Positions 46,999 through 59,612 of a stretch of 63,969 bases of DNA are shown in pieces. The first letter of the stretch is position 1; every line of letters starts with the position of its first letter. Source of the stretch: Vitrella brassicaformis CCMP3155. Its lineage: Eukaryota > Protista > Chromerida. Below the pieces are notes generated by a model. The model saw nothing but the letters and a program-made list of their open reading frames with translations, did not search any database and had not been told where the DNA came from. The translations under genes were made by a program, and so were the position numbers. The stretch spans positions 1-63,969 of the forward strand of contig CDMY01000646.1 in NCBI GenBank assembly GCA_001179505.1. The letters are read 5' to 3'.

Positions 46999-47798
46999 AT
47001 CAATGCCCCCCCCCCCCCTCTGTGTGTCTCTGTGCGCACTCGCCGGCTCTCACACACATTAATCGGTCAGATGTCACATGACATCACCACAGGCCACTCA
47101 TGGAGGCAGCCAAGAGAGGAGACAGAGAGAAAGACACGTGGCAGACACATACCTGGACACCCAATCACATGGAAGGGTCAGTTCAGCCCAGACACACCCA
47201 TGGTTGAATGCATCGAGAGAGACTGTACACGTGTGTGTGGGTGCATTGCACGGGCGGTTTGGTATGTACCTATGCAGAGAGGTGTGCAGCGGCCAAGGTA
47301 AAGAACACACAACGGATCAGATCACCTGCCGGCGTACACAACTGAACGGGTCATCATTGCATCAACTGACTTAACCTCAACTCCCCTCAGCCAGTCTCTC
47401 GAGTGTCACTACACACAGTACGACAGACGTCGTGTCTCACTGATCGTTGCTCAACCGTTCACACAAGTGGCTCTATCATTCCTCTCTCACCCTGTGTGTG
47501 CATTTGCCAGCTCATATCCTACACAATTTTACATTTCCTAAATGGTCACACGCTTCGAACCAGCGGCACTACACATGGCTAAGACACGCACACCACCTTC
47601 CTTGCTGCTTGCACCCTCATATGACACGGGAGAGAGAGCCAGCCATCAACCGCCCGCCACACCCACCACCTGCCATCCAGCGAGTCAGTTCCCCGGGGAC
47701 ACATACCTGAGCTCACTCACTCGTCACGCACATCCGTCTGTCATGTGTGCCTGCCTGCGTGTCTACACATAAGAAAAGCAACAACATGCAGCCAGCCC

Positions 47799-48535
47799 TC
47801 AACCCCGCCACATCGCCCTTCGTCCCCTCGGCGGGCGACCTGAGATACCACACACGCATGAACACACACGATGGAGGGAGGCAGTGCAGGGAGGTGTGCA
47901 GGGAGTGCTGAGGTGGCGAGGTGTACCACTCTTACATCTGCCTCTCTGACAGCTCAGAAGCTCCGCCAGCTTTGAGCAGTCGGCGTCGTCATCACACCGG
48001 AGTCGCCGACATCGCCGCGGCTCAGTCTCAGTCTCTCCACAAACGAACCCCTTGTCAGTGGCGCAGTCGTCATCACTGTCGCAGGGCCCGAACGGCTCTG
48101 AGGCCCACAGCACAAACACAAGACATGGCTGCCTGTCGGCCGACAGGTAGATAAGCGGCCGCTTACCCTGCTCATATTCGGGGTCTTCTGAGGCCGTGTC
48201 GTTTGCTGGGCGGGTAGTGTTGCCTTGAGCCGAGGTTGGCACCTGCTCTTTCTCGCCGCTGTCCTGCTCAGCCGCGGCTGGGCCTTCGGCCGCCTCGTTG
48301 GCGTCGTCCTGCAGCGATCGGGTGAGAGGCGCGGCCGGCGGCTGCGGTGCCGCGCGCACACACACCAACGCTGCTGAGGGGAGGGAGGAGGGACACACAG
48401 ACAGAGGTGTGTGTGACAGGCCTTTTCTTTCTCTCTCTCTCAGCAGGTCGTGTGGTGTGGTGTGTGGGGGCGGTGCTCACCGGCCAGTGAGATGGCGACC
48501 CACAGGAGGGCGGGGCACAGCACAGACGAGCGCAT
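47799..48535 (-). CDS. Small Cys-rich secreted protein
   Basis: Signal peptide MRSSVLCPALLWVAISLAG|; exon PQPPAAPLTRSLQDDANE; Cys exon PCDSDDDCATDKGFVC...CDDDADC...CQRGRC. Confidence 0.65.
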
Positions 48536-48912
48536 CGAGGCCTCCTCGGTCAGCTCAGGGGAGGGAGGGAGGGGCGACGGAAGCCGACAAAGAGAGGAAA
48601 GAACAAAACTGTTTCGCCGAAAGGGAACGAAAACCCGAGAAAGGGAGTGAAAGAGAGCGCCTTTTGAAAACCCTGGACCGTAACGCAAATAGTCCATTGC
48701 GCTATTATTTCGTGCCTTTCCTTCTCGACCTCAGAAACGCCACAAAACGCCTGCGTGGCGTTGCGTACGTTGCGGGATTCGGGGATTCCTTTCTGCTCTC
48801 CGCTTGTCGTTTTCTTTTCTGCCTTCGAGTTTTCTTTTCTGCCGGCTCTTCCTCCTTCCTTGCCTTTCTCTGGGCAGCTCCTCTGTGTTCCTGCCAGTTC
48901 GCTCAGCCCACG

Positions 48913-50027
48913 ATGCGCTCGACGTGTCTGTCGGCTCCCGCCGCCACGGCCCTGCTGCTCCTCATCACGTCAGCCGGTGAGCTCTCACGTCACGACACGC
49001 CTGGCCGCCCACAGAACGGCCAAACACCGAACACACCTGGGTCTGTCTGTGTCTGTGTCTCTGCGTTTCTCTCTGCGTCAGTGCTGCTGTGCGCGGCCAT
49101 CCCGTCCGACGCCTCGCCCGCATTGACCCGCTCTCTGCAGGACGACACACAGGCGCTGAAAGGAACTGGCGCAGGGGGGCAAGACAAGGGCGAGAAGCAG
49201 CAGCCGGCTCCTGCCCCAGCGAAGCCCCAGCCACCGAAGGCGCAGCCGCCCAGCGAGCAGCAGTCCCCAGCCAAGCAGCAGCCGCCAAAGCAGGGTGACC
49301 ACAACGCCACCCGCCCTGCCAACGACGCCGACTCTGACCCGCTGGGTAACCACACAGACCCACAGCCACACACACACAGTGTACCCTGTTTCCCTCCCTC
49401 TCCCTCTCTCTCGTGTGTGTGTGTGTGTGTGTGGTGTCTGCAGAGGATTTTACGACGTGCGGAGACAACAGTCCCTGCACTGACCCAGGATTCCACTGCC
49501 GTCCGAGCGGTTCAAGTGCCGGGCAGAGCCGATGCGTGCGCTGCTGCGACACTGAGAGGAGTCCCTGCCCAAGCGCGTTCTTCTGTGGAAGCGCCTCGCA
49601 GGACGGTTTCTGTGGATTGGGCCAGTGTACGTGTCAACGCACCACGCCACGCCACACCACACCACACCAAACCTCACACCTTCGCCGCTGTGTGTCTGCG
49701 TGTGTGCTGTTTGTGTGCTTTCTGTATTTGTCAGGCAAGAATCGCAGGAAGATTAATGACTCCTGCTCTCGCTTCTCCCAGTGCCTCTCCGGGACTTGCA
49801 AAGACGCCAAGTGCGTCGCGCACCAACCACCCAACGAAGGCCCAGGGAACCGGGGAAAGGACAAGGGCGGCAAGGGCAAGGGTGTGCCGACCGACGGCAC
49901 AGGCAAGGGCAAGACCCCTTCGCCGCAGCAGCCGAAGCCCAAGGCTGACGGGGCTGCGGGGGGCAAGGGCAAGGAGAAGCAGCAGGAGTGGGAGGGACAG
50001 GGACAGGGAGAGGGATGGGAGGCATGA
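48913..50027 (+). CDS. Cys-rich secreted protein, divergent paralog
   Basis: MRSTCLSAPAATALLLLITSAG|VLLCAAIP...LTRSLQDD...; Cys exons CGDNSPCTDPGFHC... and CSRFSQCLSGTCKDAKC; Lys/Gly-rich tail. Confidence 0.7.
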
Positions 50028-51757
50028 TCACTCAGGTGTCTGATTTATCGTGTTTTTATGGGAAGGTTATGGGAAGGTAAGTGCTCTGTCCATTTCATCC
50101 CACCCAAGCAACACCGTTTTACTTTCATCTCACGGTGGCGTCGCGTACACACAACACATTGAGGGGAGGGGAGGGCAGAGGAGCGTGATGTGTGTGTGCG
50201 CGCGTGTGATTTCATGATGTCATGTGCGTGTGGCCTAGCCCGCGGCAGGTATACACGAACATGGGCTGGCTGATGCTTGTGGCCCCGCAGGTAGCCTGAT
50301 TGCTTGATCGTCTTTCGTGCACACACTTGAGCCAGACAGACAGACAGAGAGGCAGACGGACAGAGAGACAGACAGACAGGCACCACTAATGGATCTGGGA
50401 AGTGTTTCTGGCTGGCCAGCCAGCCGGGCCCCCCTCTTTTCGTCTGTTGTGTGCGCACATCCATCCATTCATCCGTTTCATGTTGTCTCCCGCAGCTGGC
50501 TGCATTATGTTCAACAAACACTCAGTGATGCCATTCATGTGTGTCAGTCAGGTAAGTGTATGCACGCTGCTGCTGCTGTTGAGGGGGTGGGTGGGGGAGC
50601 GTGTTTCTCGGAAGTTTCTCGTGCCGTCGTTTTCATCATCAGCCAGCCATTCTTGTAGATGTGTGAGACAAACAGAAAGTAGGAAGGTGCATGGCATAAT
50701 CGGACAGTTGGGAGAGCGAGACGAGACACTGATGTGCAAAGCAAAAAGACAATCAAGGTGTGCCATCTTCAAACCCAACTACCAGACACGAGAAATGGCG
50801 TCATCTTCCGGGCACCAAGTCACCTCATCAACCGATCGTTGCCCTTGGTGTGGGGATGGTGTGCAGTGGTCACTGAGTGATTGATGGATGGATGGAGGAA
50901 AGATGTCGGGACCATGAGAGAGGGAATGGCTGACGAGCAGCAAGTTTGAGCGAAGTGTCTTGTGTCAATGATCGGTCGCCATTCAAGCCAAGGAAGGATG
51001 TATACACGAGAACTCCAACCTTCACTGCACACAACCACGCACCACGCACCGACAGACACCACACATGCGATTTGGTCTCCTTACGTTACGAATGCAGTCG
51101 AAGCGGCTTCTGCCGATCGACATCCAATGCACCAACCAACCGCATGAACCAACTTCTACACAAAAATCAACAACTTGCCCCTTGCCTCTCTCCGCTCGGC
51201 TCCATCGTGCGTGTTTTGTGATGTGCTATGCACCCCACTCAGCCATACACAACACAGGTTACCGGCCATATCACATACATTGATTCAGATCTGTCTTGTC
51301 TTTGTGTGTAGGGGTGCCACTGCACACCGCACCAGCACCAGCACCAGCACCAGCGACACCAGCAGCAGCAGCAAGATCCATCTCTTGTCGTTCGAGTAAG
51401 CAAACAAGCAGACAGCAAGCACGGACGGCCACGGTATGGTACGGTACGGTTCGAGTGTCCGGGAGGGTGGAAAAAGACAGCCATGCCGCCGCGCTATTAC
51501 ACACATACAAACTACACACGAAAGAGAAACAAAGTCAAAGCCGAGAGAAAAATACGACTGAGTACACAACACAACAGCCGTGGTTACGTCACGCATCATG
51601 CATTCCTGTGTTGACGAGAAATCGAACACGTAAGCTAAGCTGACTGCTGGCTGCTATGCACAAGAAAATGGAGAAATTGGAGACATGGACAGCGGGATGT
51701 GTGGACGGACGAAGGCCACACGGCCTGCCCTGTCTGCCTTGTGGACTTGTGTGTGTG

Positions 51758-53844
51758 TTAGTGACAGTGCAGCTGGACGAATTTGCGGGTGTGGAGCTGC
51801 GTGGAGACCTGTTTGGACAGGAGGCCGTGCTTGCGCGCCTTGCCGTAGTGATCCGCCATGCGCATCGCCTACATCAGGACACACACACACATACAAAGGT
51901 CCACCTCTCCCCCCCTCTCTCTCTGTGTGTGAGTGGATGGATGGATAATGGGTGCGTGTGTTACTCACCCTGACGATAGCCTCCGCGTCGATGGGGTATG
52001 GTTCGTTGATCATGCTGTCCCCGGGCTCCAGGCTCCTCTTGGCCACGATCATCAGCTCATCGTCAGTCACCTCTCGCAGACCGATGTCGTCTGCACTCAA
52101 CACACATACACATGGACAGATGTTCCTTCCTTTGTGTGGTGTGTGTGTGTGCGATGGTTGCTGACTGAGTTGTGTGGGCAGTCCGATGGCCTCGCAGAAG
52201 GTGTAGACCTCATCCACGATCTCCTGGCCCTTGCCGGTCAGGAACAGCGACGCCTGCACACACACACACACACACATACACACAGGGAGAGAGAGAGAGA
52301 GAGAGATCCACACTCGGTGTGTGGTGGCTTGCCTCACCTGCAGTCCGATGGCGACTTTCTCCCCGTGGACGTTGTGGTGTGTCTGCGGCAGCTGCGTCAG
52401 CCCGTTGTGAATCGCATGGGCGGCAGCCAACCCTGACAAAACACAAATGAACGGGCAAACCACACTCTCCGAATGCATCTCCCTGTGTTTGTGAGGGTTT
52501 GTGTGTGAGGGTTTCTGTGTGTGTGTGTACCGGCGGATTCGAACCCCAGTCCGCTGAGCAGTGTGTTGGCCTCGATGATCTTCTCCAGCGCTGGGGTGAC
52601 CGTCTGCGCCTCGACCGCACACTTCGCCTGACTGAACGCGTGACCCACATCGCGTAACACCATTGACAGAACCACATGTGCCGTTTGTGTCCGTGTGTGA
52701 GTGCGCTCGTGTAGTTGATGACTTACACGCCCCATTCGAGCAGCGTGTCGTAGCATAGCCGTGCTGACCACACACACAGAGAGGGGAGAGAGAGAGAGAG
52801 GGATTTCCGCACGTCAATCTCTCTGTCTGTGTCTGTGCTGACCGAGTGCGTATGCGGTGAGGCTGCCCGGGCGGCCACTGTTGGTCGAGTTGGGTGCGTT
52901 CTTGATCTTGCAGCTCTCGGCCTCGAACCAGGTGGCCAGGGCGTCGCCCATGCCCGCCACTATCATGCGCACGGGCGCCTTGGACACCGTCACGCTGTCC
53001 ACTATCACCACATCTGGTCAATTGGATCGACACATACACGCACACAGACAGCCGTATGTAGGGGTGAGTGTGTGTGTGTGTGTGTGTGTGTGACGTCCAA
53101 GCATGGTTACCTGGGTTCTTCCTGTGGTACTGAATTCGCTTGACGGCTCCGTCGGCGGTGTAGACGATCGACAACGCACTGCAGGGGGCGTCGGTGCTGG
53201 CCATCGTCGGACACTAACACGCAGAACCACACAGACGGCACAGAAGCAGACAAACTCTGTCCGTGTGTGTTCATGCCCCTCTCTCCCCCCCCCACCCCTC
53301 CCTCTCCCTCTCCCTCTCGTGTGTGAGTACCATGATGCAGGGCAGGCCCATCTTGTCGGCCACACACTTGATGGTGTCCAGCGCCTTGCCCCCGCCCATC
53401 CCCAGCAGGACATTCGGCTTGTGTGTGTTGGCCAGCTGCACCAATCGGTCGATCTCCTCGTCGGTGCACTCGTTGTTGAACTCAGTGGCGTCAAACAGGT
53501 CGAGGGCGGCGTGGAGCGGCTGCTTGATGGTGGGCAGGATCACCTTGGTCGAGAAGGGGCAGAGGAGGGCCTGAGGGACGGAGGGAGGGAGGGAGGGAAC
53601 AGACATAGACCACATGCATAAATCAGGTGGTCTGGCAGACAGACAGACAGACGTACAATGCATCGCGGGCCAAACCGCTTGATCTCCTCGGGCAGCGTCT
53701 TGAAAGCCTGCAGACCACACACACAGACGGGGATGGGGAGAGAGGCAGAGGCAGCGCTCCGAAGTGGTGATTGGTTTGATGCACACTCACATTCGGCCCT
53801 TGGATGTAGCGGCCTGGGAAGATGTTGGTGATGATGGTGCTCAT
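51758..53844 (-). CDS. gldA: Glycerol dehydrogenase (GldA-like, metal-containing ADH family), about 11 introns
   Basis: PGRYIQG, GMGGGKALDT.K, PTMASTDAPCSALS, AGMGDALATWFEA, ANTLLSGLGFES, AAAHAIHNGLT, HGEKVA, AMRMADHYG. Confidence 0.92.
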
Positions 53845-54038
53845 GGTGTTGCTTGGTAGCTGCTCGTCGCCTGTTTTCCTCTCCTTCCGCTCGAAGATCT
53901 GAGCTCGCAAATCTGAACGATCCTCAGGTTCTTCTCGCGTTGGTTTTTTCAAAGTCTGGGGCTCTCACACATCGCACCCCATCGCACTGTATCGCATCTA
54001 TCGCATTTCTGCCTGATCTGATCTCTGATCTCATCAGC

Positions 54039-55324
54039 ATGACCCGCGCCGTCTCATTGATCTGCGCGTTGCTGGCCTTCCACAGGTGCGGCAATGAGTG
54101 CGGATCCGTGTAGATGCGACGGATGAACTGACAAACCGGCATTTTCCATCTCTGCGTGTGTGCGCGTTGTGTGTTGTTCTCTCTCAGTGTGGTGGATGGC
54201 CATGTGCGCCGGCAGCTGCAGAGTGAAGAGGGTAGGTACCAATCACACTGACTCCTGCAGAGAGAGAGAGAGAGAGAGAGATTCGCACCCCACACGCACA
54301 GTCGCCTGTCCGTCTCTGTGTGTTCCCTACCGATGTGTGTGTGTGTGTGCAGCCGCCCAGCCCTTTTCCGTTGACGACAGCGGCATCATCCGCACTTCCG
54401 ACAACCTCCGCACCGTCGTCCGCACCGCCCCTCACCTCCACCACCTGGACCTGTCGTCGCTGCTGACACTCAACTTCAACGGCGTGTCGCAGCTCGAGAC
54501 ACTCCACTTGATGTTCGACGACGAGAACGAATCTGAGGTGCGCTGCACGAGGGGAAAGAGAGGGGTGGGGTGAAAGGGGCGTCATGCTGGTATGTGCGTG
54601 TGTGTCAGTTCATTGGCCGCATTGATGCGGTGGTTCGGTCGATCAAGGATGCAGAGGCCGAGATATACCTCGCTGGCGGGTTCAAGGCCACCATGGGCAC
54701 CGGTCAGCGGCGATGAGACAGACAGACAGACCCACACGACCCGCAGAGAGCCTCACGTGTGTGCATTTGCATTTCTGTCTGTGTGTGCGTGTGTGGGGCA
54801 GATGGGCTGGTGCTGTACGATCCTGCCGGCAAGGAGATGAAGCGCATGACGCGCACACCTGCATCCGGACAAAACGACACAGACACAGACGAGGGCGACA
54901 CACGACGGATGCAGGGAGTGAGGCATACACACACGCAGACGGACAGAGAGAGAGAGAGAGAGGCACAGCACGACGCACGGCACGCATAACATCTCTCTCT
55001 GTGCAACCGGTGTGTTGTCGTGGTCGTCAGGCGTTCTTCGGTCCCGGCTCGTCGTTTGACTCTGCCTTCGGCGGCCCCGGCCCCGCCATATACGGCGACC
55101 ACCAGCTGGACGGATGCCCCGCTATGGGCTGCGGCAGTGTCAGAGGTAGGTACCGACACTCACCACCCACTACGCCAACACACGTAAGTAATCGTCTGTG
55201 TGTGTTTGCAGTTGGTTTGGGCGCCCGCACGCGCGGCCGCAACGAGAACTGCGAACTGCAGACGGGGGTCGAGGGCGGGTGAGTGACCTCATGCACCACT
55301 CACCAGACACATCACATGACACAC

Positions 55325-55355
<31 letters not shown>

Positions 55356-55585
55356 AAGGTATGACCCCTGCCAGACGCCAGCCGTCAACACGGCCAACTT
55401 CGCCAACCCCGTGCGCGACTCGATGCTGGGCATCGACCCTGTGGACTGCAACTACTTCATGCACATGGGGTGCGCAGACAAACAAAACACACCGACAGAC
55501 ACACAGACAGACGTATTTATGGGCACATTGCTGTGTGTGTGTGTTTAGGTGTTCGTTCGAGCAGCGCAACGGCTGGGGCAGCTGA
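54039..55585 (+). CDS. Hypothetical secreted multi-exon protein
   Basis: MTRAVSLICALLAFH|SVVDG signal-like start; exons splice in frame to AAQPFSVDDSG...; ends ...CSFEQRNGWGS*. No domain recognised. Confidence 0.55.
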
Positions 55586-56220
55586 GTGAGTGAGTGTGTG
55601 TGAGTGTTTGTGCCTTGAGTGTTTTTCACGACTCATTGAGTGATTGAATGAGCGAGTGCGTGGCTGTGAGTATTGTAGTCATTTTACGGTGTTGGCCCAC
55701 CTGCTTGGGTCAGTCAGGGCGCCATGTTTCCATCCATCCATCCATGCGTTTTTCGCAGAGGCCATCGACGGACGGGGATCGTGTGTTGTGCATGTGTCGG
55801 GTAGTCAGGCGCATGAGAGTCAGTCAGGTCATGCAGGACGCTTTATGAGTCCAGACCAGGCGGGAGTCACCACTCATGAGTGAGTAAAGCCTGTTGGTTG
55901 CGTGCGTTACACTGTGTTATCTGTGCCTGCGCGAGAGCGCGGCTGTTGTGTGTTCCGTTGCATAGTGTTGTGTTGGTGAGTGAGGCGAGGGAAAGATGAC
56001 ACTCTTCACAGTGAGTGGGTGGCGCGAGACTAAGTGGTCTGTCCGTCGCCGAGTGCGGCCTTCGTTGTCATAGGCATAAACCCAAACATCTCTGTATTTA
56101 CCAAAGGCCTGATGTCCAGATCATGCGGGCTTGGCTCGCAGTCAGCCGCAGAGCAAATACGACGAGCAGAGACCGGCAGGTGGCTCACACACACACACAC
56201 ACACACACGCAGAGAGATCG

Positions 56221-57237
56221 ATGCCGAGGATGGCGGGTGTCGTGACGCCCATCATGGGCAAGTCGTACAATGAGGACGGCAGCCACTGGCAGCAGGTGCC
56301 TGCCGACACACACACTCAGATAGACAGACACACTTGCCGGCATCCTTCCTTTGCTGCATTCAGTCATTCACCTTATGATTTGCTGTGTGCTGCAGGGTAT
56401 GATTCGTTGTGAGGTGCTCGGCGACGGTAACGACCCTCTTGGCTTCGGCTTCCTTGCCGCCCCGAAGATCCTGGTCACGGCGGCGCACATCGTGCCCGAC
56501 GCGACCAGGACCAAGCTCGGGAATGAGAGGCTCGTGGAAATCGACAAGCGCTACATCATTCCCGCCTACATCCGCAACGGCCACCCCGACATCGCCATCC
56601 TCAGCCTGAAGAAGGAGGTGGCGTCCTTCCCCAACCAGCTCCCCATCGCAATTCGTGTGCGGCCTCGCAACACCCTCAGCTGCGACATCAGCACCCACAA
56701 CCGCTACTTCGGAGGCACCGTGGTCAAGGTGCACGAGGAGACAGTCGAAGGCACGAAGATGCCCGTCTGGCTGCAGCTGCAAGGCACCAGCTCTCAAGAG
56801 GGCGATTCGGGGAGCGACCTGACGCTGTCCGGCAGTGCGGCAGCGATTGTGCAGGGGCTTTCCCCACACCGCTGTCCCCACGCCGGCCAACTGCCCACTG
56901 AGCATCCCCGGGCATTCCTTTACGTTTGCCCGCTCGACAGCTTGCAGCACCCAGCGCTATTCCATCAGATCCCCGAGGATCTCCTGCCTCTGCTCAAGGC
57001 ACTCGAGACGCTCCCGCCCTCCTTCTACCGGAGCAATTCCCAGCAGACGAGCATCACACGGTGGCTGTCTATCGTGAAGTTCGTGCCCCCACGAAGGAAG
57101 ACTCCGACACAGGAGACCGCGGGTGGCGGCGCTGCGGGGGCCAATGGTGACGCTGCGGAGGGTGCCTGTGCTGCAGAAGCGAAGCCAAAGGTGCGAAAGG
57201 GATACCAAAAGGGATGCGAATGCAGTGATGGGTACAC

Positions 57238-57270
<33 letters not shown>

Positions 57271-57924
57271 CGTGTGTGTGTGTGTGATGGAAAGGCGCGT
57301 GACTTCCTTTGCGGGCTGGGAGTTGCCTTCAGGAGCCGTGCCAGTGAGCCCGATGTGGGCCAGGTAGTGAGGGAGGGGCTCGAGTCGGTGAGCAAGGAGC
57401 TCGAGTCGGTGAGCAAGGAGATCAAGGAGATGTTCAAGGAGATGAAGACGGAGATCAAGACGGAGATTAAGAAGGTGACGGAGCGGCTCGACACGGTGAC
57501 GGAGCGTTTCGACGCGTTTGACACCCGTTTTGATCAGGTGACCTCCAGGCTGGACAAGCAGTATGAGGTGCTCACTGGCTATCCCGATCCCGACCGACCG
57601 CCATCACCCCAGCACTGGGCGACATTCAAGGGCGAGGCAAAACAGATGCTGAACCTGACTGACGAGAAATTCGACGACATGAAGATCGGCGACCTCTTGA
57701 ACGACATCACAGCCGTCATCAAGAGAGGGCGGGCCGACATAGAACAGCAACAGGTATATTTGCGGCATACAAGTGAGGCCCACACAAGCACTCGCACAGA
57801 GAGAGGCGAATGGTGTTGTTGCTGGCTGCGTTCGCCTTTTGCAGCTTCCTGCGTTGGTTTTCAGCAAGGCCGCTTCCGAATAGCACCTGTCAGTCATAGC
57901 ATAGGTGCGTCACACGGAGGTTGA
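56221..57924 (+). CDS. Trypsin-like serine protease + coiled coil, with a SABATH-derived first exon
   Basis: Complete triad LVTAAH, PDIAIL, EGDSGS in exon 56396-57231. Exon from 57333 has heptads (ESVSKELESVSKEIKE). The first exon nearly matches 63069-63143. The 3' end is uncertain. Confidence 0.8.
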
Positions 57925-57943
57925 TGGATGGCGTCTCCACCTG

Positions 57944-57974
<31 letters not shown>

Positions 57975-58834
57975 TGAGTATGTGGATGATTCAACAGACT
58001 GCCGTCAGAGATCGGTGTGTGTATCATGTTGCGATGTGCTGTTGCAAGGAACCGAAAAGTATGATGCGTTGACATTCACCTCAACTCAGTGCGAGATTCG
58101 TTTGGTCTTTGGTATCACAAAAGTGTGGCAGCATCAGTCCACACACACACCTCCCTCCCTCAGCCCCCATGGCAACCACACGTCCTCAACGGCCGTCCTC
58201 CATCGACTGGTAGGTCGTCCATCGGCCGGGCGCCACCTAAAGAGCCCTCTTCATCTTCGAGCCACTCCTCTCAGCCTCTCCCTCGGCCGATCTACGCACC
58301 AAGCTGCCCCCCTCTCGTCGCTTTCAGCCGGCTGTCTGTCTCTTGCCTGCGCCCGTCGCCCCGCCCCAGCCTCCTTCCCACCCATTGCCACCCAGCGCGC
58401 CGGTGGGGCCGCATGACAGGCAGACAGCCGCATGGACTCGTCGGGCGGGGAAGGCGTGGCGCATCGGGTGAGACCAAACCTGTGCGCAGGATGAAATCAT
58501 CACCCACCAGAAGAAGCAGTGTGCGCACACACTCACACACGTGCCCCCCTGCCTGCCTCCCTCCCTGCCTCATTGCCTTCATCTTTCTTACTTGAGAGTC
58601 CGGACGCTAAGCAGCCCAGCGACGGACGGCCTGACTGCGACAGCCGTCGGCCAGCCACCCACGGGCTCACAAGTCCGAAGCCCAGTGGTCGGTCGCCAAT
58701 AAATGAATGGCATAAAGGGGGGCGGGCAGCTCGAGCGAAGGTCAGTCACGCCGAAGGGATTCGTCCTCCTTTCTGGCCGGCAGGGTGGCAGGCAGGGAGC
58801 CAGCTATGTGCGTGTTTGTCAGTCAGGGCTGTCC

Positions 58835-59052
58835 TTATACGACCAGGTCGCCGTGGGGGGCCAGGAGTGGCTGGTGGTCCTCTGTGGGTGCCCGTCGCTC
58901 CGGCCTCCGCTCGCTGAGGTTGCGACGCAGCCACTTGACCCACGAGGGGGCGTTCTCTCGCCGCCACACCTCCTGCTCAGCCGTCCACAGCGGACCTGCA
59001 CACACACACACGGGGGAGAAAGAAGGCTGTTGACTATCGACGTCTGTCTGTG

Positions 59053-59089
<37 letters not shown>

Positions 59090-59448
59090 GTGTGTCGCGA
59101 ACAGCACTGACCGAGCCAGAGTGCCACCCTGTCATAAGAGTACAAATGCAAAGGCCGCACAACCTCCTTTGAGGCACTGACAAACCGCACGAGTCGGTTG
59201 GGCTCCAGCCCATGTGGCCCGAACTTCTCCCGTACGACGACCATGAAGTCCTCCGCCCTGCCCAATCTTGGAAAGCGGCACACCTCTGCGTGGCCCTTGT
59301 AGTGCACCAGGACGTGGTCACCCCGGTTGTTACACCTGGGAGATGGCATCTCGGGATAGTCAGGCCCCTTCCACGCAGGGCAAGACGATGGCCAATCGGC
59401 AACGTTGAACACGTCACGCCATCCGGGAAGTGGAAGTGGCCTCCACAT
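58835..59448 (-). CDS. Small two-exon protein with a possible ubiquitin-like/PB1 fold, copy 1
   Basis: HVLVHYKGHAEVCRFP...EDFMVVVREKFG...RLVRFVS...VALWLG. Ends at TAA, 4 codons earlier than copy 2 (CAA). The fold call is tentative. Confidence 0.5.
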
Positions 59449-59612
59449 CGGCAACTCAGCTCTCCACAGTTGACAATCTTGTCCACGCTGGTTGGGAAAT
59501 CTGTGTTTCAATCTTCAGCGCTGAAGAGCTCCAATCGTTTAGCTCGCAAGGCGGTTAAAGCTCGCAAAGCGTTAAGTTCGGAACTTTACGTGAAAAGTAG
59601 TTGCTTGAATCC

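Noticed and set aside
48298-50043. 581-aa ORF
   Set aside because: Reads through a promoter, introns and shifted frames of the Cys-rich genes; contains translated microsatellites.
50045-51650. Several 60-160 aa ORFs in the intergenic stretch
   Set aside because: Dominated by simple repeats (GCACCA, GACA, GT); no coherent exon chain.
51654-53204. 516-aa ORF beginning MASTDAPCSALS
   Set aside because: Only the first exon is GldA frame; the rest is intron read-through (HTHTH, CVCVC) and alternate frames.
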